In this document: piece by piece, positions 58,143 through 64,000 of the stretch
How the letters are laid out: every line of letters begins with the position of its first letter
Position numbering within the stretch: the stretch's first letter is position 1
DNA from: Planctomycetota bacterium
Lineage (GTDB): Bacteria > Planctomycetota > UBA8108 > SXIK01
DNA: 64,000 nt
Reading direction: 5' to 3'
Assembly (NCBI GenBank): GCA_965223265.1
Contig: OZ244999.1
Location: 1,088,001-1,152,000 of the forward strand
The notes under the pieces: generated by a model
What the model was told of the DNA's origin: nothing
What the model saw: the letters and a program-made list of their open reading frames with translations, nothing else
Databases searched by the model: none
Program-made: the position numbers and the translations under genes

Positions 58143-61100
58143 GCACGAACGGTAAGAATTCGTGGATTCACGACGAAGTCGCCCCCAAGTCTCGCGGCTG
58201 GGAAGAATTCTACCGCAACCGTTGGCAGTTCGACAAAGTTGTGCGCTCCACGCATGGCGTGAACTGCACAGGGGGGTGCACTTGGCAGATCCACGTGAAA
58301 GACGGCATCGTCACGTGGGAGATGCAAGGCCTTGACTATCCCTCGTTGGAGGCCGGCCTGCCGCCGTACGAGCCCCGCGGCTGTCAACGCGGCATCTCCT
58401 ACTCGTGGTACCTCTACAGCCCGCTCCGAGTGAAGTATCCCTACATTCGAGGCGCTCTACTCGACGCCTGGAAAAAGGCGCGCAGTAGCCACGAGGACCC
58501 CGTCGACGCCTGGACGGAGATGGTGGAGGACGAAACGATCCGGAGCCGCTGGCAGCGTGCCCGAGGCAAAGGCGGTTTTCGGCGGACGAGTTGGGACACG
58601 GTGCTCGAGATCATGGCGAGCGCCAACATCCATACGATCAAAAAGCACGGCCCCGACCGCATCGCAGGCTTCTCCCCTATTCCAGCTATGTCGATGGTCA
58701 GCTACGCGGCCGGTGCGAGGCTCATGCAGTTGATGGGCGGCATTTCACTCTCGTTCTACGACTGGTACTGCGACCTGCCCAACGCTTCGCCCGAATGCTG
58801 GGGCGAGCAGACGGACGTTCAGGAATCGGCTGACTGGTACAACGCGAAGCTGCTCGCTGTCATGGGGTCCAACCTCAACATGACGCGGACGCCCGACTGT
58901 CATTTCGCCGCCGAAGCGCGCCACAACGGCACGAAGATGTACGTCTTCTCACCAGACTTCAATCAGGTGGCGAAGTACGCCGATCACTGGGTGTCCCTCA
59001 ACGCGGGCCAGGACGGCGCCTGGTGGATGGCGACCAATCACGTGTTGCTCAAGGAGTTCCATTATGAGCAACAAGTGCCGTACTTCATCGACTACGCCAA
59101 GCGTTACACCGATTCTCCCTACCTCGTAGAGCTCACCGAGCGCGAGGGTGTTTTCAAGCCCGGCCAGCTTTTGCGCGCCAACCGTCTGTCTCCCTACGAG
59201 GACGTCGAGAACGGGGAGTGGAAGTTTCTGTTTTGGGACAAAGGGGAGGGCAAACCCAAGATGCCGATGGGTAGCGTCGGTTTCCGATGGGGAGAGGAGA
59301 AGGGCAAGTGGAACCTCGAGTTGAAGGACGGTGTGGATGGAAGTGAGATCGACCCAACACTCACCTTTCTCGACTCCAGCGATGAGGTCGCCCAAGTTCG
59401 ATTGGACGACTTTGCCGAGGGTTGCGTCCTGACACGCGGCGTTCCTGCGAAACGCCTCAAGACGTCGGACGGCTCCGAGGTTCTCGTCGCCACCGTATAC
59501 GACCTTCTGATGGCTCAGTACGGAGTGCCGAGAGGGCTCGAAGGAGAGTACCCCGAAGACTACGACGACGGCGACAAACCGTATACGCCCGCGTGGTCGG
59601 AGAAGTTCACCGGAATCGACCGTAAGGACCTCATCAAATTCGCTCGCGAATGGGGAACGACCGCGAAGTACACCAACGGGAGTTGCACGATCATCATCGG
59701 AGCTGGTATCAACCACTGGTACCACGCCAACCTGATGTACCGGGCAGGCATTCACGCACTCATGTTTTGCGGTTGCATTGGCGTCAATGGAGGCGGACTG
59801 GCGCACTACGTGGGTCAGGAAAAGTTGGCACCCGCTGAGCCTTGGGGAGCCATCGCCCTCGCCAAGGACTGGTACCCGCCATCGCGTGTCCAAAACGCGC
59901 CGAGCTGGCACTACGTCCACACCGACCAATGGCGATACGAGAAGGAATTCACCGACTATCATACGGTTCCCGCCGACCAGGAAGACGGCTCGCTCACGAA
60001 GGGGCATACGATGGACGTGCAGGTCCGTGCCGTGCGCAACGGCTGGCTCCCGTTCTATCCGCAGTTTCCGGAGAGCAGCCTCGAGCTAGTCAAGAAAGCC
60101 GAGGCCGCGGGCGCGAAGTCAGAGTCAGAGGTCGCTGAGTATATCGTCGACCGTCTCAAGGATCGTTCGCTGAAATTCTCTGTCGAGGATCCGGACGCTG
60201 CGGAGAACTGGCCTCGTGTCTGGTACATCTGGCGCGGCAACGCGCTGATGTCCTCTAGCAAGGGCCACGAGTATTTCCTCAAACACTACCTGGGGACCCA
60301 CCACAACGAGGTGGCAACCGACATCGCCGAAGAGGCGGTGAAGGAGGTCGTGTGGCACGAGAACGCGCCGCAGGGAAAGATGGACCTGGTGGTCGACCTG
60401 AACTTCCGCATGGACACGTCCGCCCTCTACTCCGACATCGTCCTCCCCGCCGCGACGTGGTACGAAAAGGCGGACCTCAATTCCACCGACATGCACAGCT
60501 TCATCCATCCGCTTTCCCAGGCGGTACCCCCCTGTTGGGAGTCGAAGAGCGATTGGGACATCTTTAAGAACCTTGCGCGAAAGTTTTCCGAGCTTGCGCC
60601 GCGTCACTTCCCCGAGCCGGTTAAAGATCTGTTGGCCGTGCCCCTCGCCCACGACACTCCAGCCGAGATCGCCCAGCCGAAGATTGTAGATTGGATCGAC
60701 GGGGACGTGGAACCGATTCCCGGCAAGACGATGCCGGGGCTGAAGGTCGTCACGCGCGATTACCAAAACCTCTACAACCAGTTCATCTCTCTCGGTCCGG
60801 TGGTGCGCAAAAACGGGCTCGGCGCTCACGGTACGGGTTACGCGATCGACGACTTCTACGATGAAATGCTCGCCACCCGTAGAGTCCAGGAGTGGGATGG
60901 AAACCGATTTCCATCAATCGAGAAAGACGTCGAGGTGTGTGACGCGATTCTCAACCTCGCCACTGTCACCAATGGCGAGCTTGCGTACCGCTCATACAAG
61001 AACATGGAGGAGAAGGTCGGGCTTCCGCTCGCCCACCTCGCCGAAAAAGATCGTAGCCGCCGGGTCGACTACGCCGGGCTGCAAGGCGCCCCCTTCCGGT

Positions 61101-61783
61101 TCAACAACAGCCCTATGTGGTCGGCCTTGATCGAGAACGGTCGAGCCTACTCGCCGTTCACTTACAACAAGGAGGCGCTCGTGCCCTGGAGGACACTGAC
61201 AGGGCGCCAACACTTCTACCTCGATCACCCCGGCTACCTGCAGTTCGGCGAGCACCTCCCGACTTACAAGCCGAAGCCTCTGCCCACCGAGTACGCTGAT
61301 CTCCGGATCAGTGAGCAAAGTGGACCGACACTGATGCTCAACTACCTGACACCCCACGGTAAGTGGCACATCCACTCGACCTACGGGGACAACGAGCGTA
61401 TGTCGACGCTGTCGCGAGGTGTCGAGCCGTTCTGGATCAACGACAAAGACGCGGCCGAAATCGATGTCGAGGACAACGATTGGGTCGAGGTCCACAACGA
61501 CCATGGTGTCGTGGTCACTCGCGCTGCGGTGAGCGCCCGGATCCCGCGCGGCGTTTGCATCATCTATCACTCGCCGGAGCGAACCTACTCGGTACCAAAG
61601 TCACCGCTTAGGAAGAATCGGCGGGCCGGCGGGCACAACAGCCTGACGCGCACTCGCCTGAAACCGAACTTGATGGTCGGTGGGTACGGTCAGTTCACGT
61701 ATCACTTTAACTACTGGGGACCCACGGGCTGCAATCGAGATACGCACATCTACGTGCGGAAGCTTCCGAAGCTCGTCTGGTAA
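58139..61783 (+). CDS. narG: Nitrate reductase/nitrite oxidoreductase alpha subunit
   Basis: [53 protein letters not shown]. Confidence 0.95.
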   Translation: MSTNGKNSWIHDEVAPKSRGWEEFYRNRWQFDKVVRSTHGVNCTGGCTWQIHVKDGIVTWEMQGLDYPSLEAGLPPYEPRGCQRGISYSWYLYSPLRVKYPYIRGALLDAWKKARSSHEDPVDAWTEMVEDETIRSRWQRARGKGGFRRTSWDTVLEIMASANIHTIKKHGPDRIAGFSPIPAMSMVSYAAGARLMQLMGGISLSFYDWYCDLPNASPECWGEQTDVQESADWYNAKLLAVMGSNLNMTRTPDCHFAAEARHNGTKMYVFSPDFNQVAKYADHWVSLNAGQDGAWWMATNHVLLKEFHYEQQVPYFIDYAKRYTDSPYLVELTEREGVFKPGQLLRANRLSPYEDVENGEWKFLFWDKGEGKPKMPMGSVGFRWGEEKGKWNLELKDGVDGSEIDPTLTFLDSSDEVAQVRLDDFAEGCVLTRGVPAKRLKTSDGSEVLVATVYDLLMAQYGVPRGLEGEYPEDYDDGDKPYTPAWSEKFTGIDRKDLIKFAREWGTTAKYTNGSCTIIIGAGINHWYHANLMYRAGIHALMFCGCIGVNGGGLAHYVGQEKLAPAEPWGAIALAKDWYPPSRVQNAPSWHYVHTDQWRYEKEFTDYHTVPADQEDGSLTKGHTMDVQVRAVRNGWLPFYPQFPESSLELVKKAEAAGAKSESEVAEYIVDRLKDRSLKFSVEDPDAAENWPRVWYIWRGNALMSSSKGHEYFLKHYLGTHHNEVATDIAEEAVKEVVWHENAPQGKMDLVVDLNFRMDTSALYSDIVLPAATWYEKADLNSTDMHSFIHPLSQAVPPCWESKSDWDIFKNLARKFSELAPRHFPEPVKDLLAVPLAHDTPAEIAQPKIVDWIDGDVEPIPGKTMPGLKVVTRDYQNLYNQFISLGPVVRKNGLGAHGTGYAIDDFYDEMLATRRVQEWDGNRFPSIEKDVEVCDAILNLATVTNGELAYRSYKNMEEKVGLPLAHLAEKDRSRRVDYAGLQGAPFRFNNSPMWSALIENGRAYSPFTYNKEALVPWRTLTGRQHFYLDHPGYLQFGEHLPTYKPKPLPTEYADLRISEQSGPTLMLNYLTPHGKWHIHSTYGDNERMSTLSRGVEPFWINDKDAAEIDVEDNDWVEVHNDHGVVVTRAAVSARIPRGVCIIYHSPERTYSVPKSPLRKNRRAGGHNSLTRTRLKPNLMVGGYGQFTYHFNYWGPTGCNRDTHIYVRKLPKLVW

Positions 61784-61798
61784 GAAAAGGAGACGCAA

Positions 61799-63292
61799 GT
61801 GGACGTTCGCTCGCAGATTTCGATGGTTTTTCACCTGGATAAATGCATCGGCTGCCACACCTGCAGCATCGCCTGCAAGAACGTGTGGACCGACCGCAAG
61901 GGTACTGAGTACATGTGGTGGAACAACGTCGAAACGAAGCCAGGTACGGGCTACCCCACCAAGTGGGAGGACCAGAAGGAGTACCGCGGCGGCTGGAAGA
62001 AGAAGGACGACGACAATCTCGAGCTGCGCTCCACAGACAAGAAGCGGATCGTTCCCAACATTTTCCACAACCCGTCCATGCCGAGTATGGACGAGTATTA
62101 CGAGCCCTGGACGTACAAGTACGAGGATCTCTTCAACGCACCCGAGGGAGACGATCAACCAACTGCACGACCGATCTCCAAAGTAACGGGCGAGTATATC
62201 AACGTCGAGTCGGGGCCGAACTGGGACGACGATCTCGGCGGTTCGCCGAACTACGCTGAGAACGACCCTAACCTCGAGGCTTTGACTCCGCAGGAGCGAG
62301 GTCAGCTCTTCGCTATTGAACGCCTGGTGTTCTTCTACTTCCCGCGGATTTGCAATCACTGCCTCAATCCGTCGTGCGTCGCTTCCTGCCCATCGGGAGC
62401 GCTCTACAAACGCGGCGAGGACGGCATCGTTCTGATCGATCAGAAAGTGTGCCGCGCCTGGCGCTCCTGCGTCGCCGCGTGTCCGTACAAAAAGACGTAC
62501 TACAACTGGTTCACCGGCAAGTCGGAGAAGTGCATCCTCTGCTTTCCGCGGATCGAGACGGGCCAGGCTCCCGCCTGCTTCCATTCGTGTGTGGGTCGCA
62601 TCCGCTATCTAGGAGTGCTGCTCTACGACGCGGACCAAATCGAAGAAGTCGCCAAAAAGCCCGACGATGAGCTGGTCGAAGCTCAGCGCGCGATGATTCT
62701 CGATCCTCACGACCCGGCTGTGATCAAGGCCGCCCAGAAAAACGGAATCCACGACGCCGTCATCGAAGCTGCGCAGCAGTCACCGGTCTACGAGTTCGTG
62801 AAGAAGTGGAAGATTGCGCTGCCACCGCATATCGAGTACCGAACCCTGCCGATGTTGTTTTACGTCCCGCCGCTTCTACCGGTCATGGCAAAACAAGGAG
62901 ACAAGACAGTCTCCAGTGTGTCGGACGATTTCTTCCACGAGATCGAGGAGGCGCGCATCCCCCTTGCCTTCCTCGGCAAGCTCTTCGGCGGTGGTAACGT
63001 CGGCAAGGTGTCTTATGCGCTGCGCAAGCAGATGGCCGTCCGTGCGTACCGCCGAGCCGTGACCGTCGGCGACATGGACCAGGAAATCGCGCGCCGCATG
63101 CTGCAGGAGGCCGATTGCTCCGAGCAGGAAGCTGAGGCGATCTACAAGCTCACGTCTCTGTGTACGTTCGAAGAACGATTTGTGATCCCTGCTGCCCAGC
63201 GCGAAGAGGCTATTGAGATGATGAAGGATCCGCTCGAGCACAAGCAGAACGCCGGTTTTGGTTTTCTGTCCGGCCCCCGGAGAGGACTCTGA
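61799..63292 (+). CDS. narH: Nitrate reductase/nitrite oxidoreductase beta subunit
   Basis: DKCIGCHTCSIACKN, ICNHCLNPSCVASCP, CRAWRSCVAACP, CILCFPRIE. Confidence 0.95.
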   Translation: MDVRSQISMVFHLDKCIGCHTCSIACKNVWTDRKGTEYMWWNNVETKPGTGYPTKWEDQKEYRGGWKKKDDDNLELRSTDKKRIVPNIFHNPSMPSMDEYYEPWTYKYEDLFNAPEGDDQPTARPISKVTGEYINVESGPNWDDDLGGSPNYAENDPNLEALTPQERGQLFAIERLVFFYFPRICNHCLNPSCVASCPSGALYKRGEDGIVLIDQKVCRAWRSCVAACPYKKTYYNWFTGKSEKCILCFPRIETGQAPACFHSCVGRIRYLGVLLYDADQIEEVAKKPDDELVEAQRAMILDPHDPAVIKAAQKNGIHDAVIEAAQQSPVYEFVKKWKIALPPHIEYRTLPMLFYVPPLLPVMAKQGDKTVSSVSDDFFHEIEEARIPLAFLGKLFGGGNVGKVSYALRKQMAVRAYRRAVTVGDMDQEIARRMLQEADCSEQEAEAIYKLTSLCTFEERFVIPAAQREEAIEMMKDPLEHKQNAGFGFLSGPRRGL

Positions 63293-63295
63293 CCT

Positions 63296-63907
63296 ATGGA
63301 CGGCGACCGTTCCTTCTACAAGGATCTGGCAGTGCTCTTAAGCTATCCGGGCGATGCCGGTTACAAGGAGGCTGTCGATTACGCCATCAAGGGTTTGCAC
63401 AGGCTCAAGCCGGAGTTAGGAAAACTCCTGGCGCCGTTTGGCGAGTTCGTCGCTGCACACTCCGTCGAAGATCTCGAGGAGACTTACACACGCACCTTCG
63501 ATATCAATCCCGACTGCACGCTGGAGATCGGGTGGCAGCTCTACGGCGAAAACTACTCGCGCGGGAAGCTGCTGGTCACCATGCGTGGCCTCATGCGTGA
63601 GCTCGGTCTGGAGGAGTCTCCCGAGCTACCGGATCACCTGACTCACGTCTTGTCCATCATGGGTCAGCAGGAGACGCCGGCGGCCAAAGAGTTGGCCGCG
63701 AGCTACGTGCTTCCCGCGCTGGCAAAGATGCGCCTCGGGTTGCCGTCGGAAAACAAGGAGAAACCCCATGGGCTCGTTCTGGAGGCGATCGAAACCGTGC
63801 TCCGGGAGATCCACTCCATTCCAGCGGCTGATTCAGGCCTCGTGGAGTTGACCGTCCTTCCATCAGCGATCGACGAGGCATCCGAACCGTACAACGAGAT
63901 GACATGA
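63296..63907 (+). CDS. narJ: Molybdenum cofactor assembly chaperone
   Basis: LLSYP, LEETYTRTFD, GENYSRG, ELPDHL. Confidence 0.88.
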   Translation: MDGDRSFYKDLAVLLSYPGDAGYKEAVDYAIKGLHRLKPELGKLLAPFGEFVAAHSVEDLEETYTRTFDINPDCTLEIGWQLYGENYSRGKLLVTMRGLMRELGLEESPELPDHLTHVLSIMGQQETPAAKELAASYVLPALAKMRLGLPSENKEKPHGLVLEAIETVLREIHSIPAADSGLVELTVLPSAIDEASEPYNEMT

Positions 63908-64000
63908 TCGGAGGTCCCGTGCGAATTCTGGGATTTCTCGGCTTTGAAAAGCTTCAGTATCTCGACCAAATCCTCTTCGCGGTCTTTCCGTACCTGGCGT
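63904..64000 (+). CDS. narI: Nitrate reductase gamma subunit, 5' part
   Basis: Reads ...LDQILFAVFPYLA, the typical NarI N-terminus; follows narJ. Confidence 0.7.
   Translation, partial: MIGGPVRILGFLGFEKLQYLDQILFAVFPYLA

Overview
GC-rich bacterial DNA, most consistent with a Planctomycetota genome (ECF sigma/Ser-Thr kinase pair, DUF1592/DUF1552 pair, PQQ-like propeller, FLRGDCN dockerin-like motif, fae). 1-7.2 kb is the end of an integrative, probably mobilisable element: a J-domain gene, a split VirD4/TraD-like ATPase, a very structured ~270-bp non-coding block, two tandem ~400-bp 'conserved leader + unrelated small ORF + conserved hairpin' cassettes, an excisionase and a tyrosine integrase. 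At 7154-7181 a tmRNA 3'-end fragment (att site) is overlapped tail-to-tail by two paralogous integrases, each with its own excisionase. About 9-33 kb is a mosaic cargo region of TA modules, gene fragments, a decayed integrase-core IS and many same-orientation orphan copies of that IS's end motif. It also holds a 4065-bp five-gene TG...CA transposon (6-bp target duplication) that interrupts a RING+TerD-type gene, which is preceded by a candidate structured RNA. 33-53 kb carries phoD, a P-type ATPase, DUF1552/DUF1592, SET, cytochrome c-PadR-ABC and a kinase-Thg1 pair. 53-64 kb is a sigma54 two-component system followed by a cytochrome c-narGHJI operon whose catalytic subunits resemble the Nitrobacter-type NXR/Nar clade. 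All calls come from reading motifs by eye; no database searches were run.
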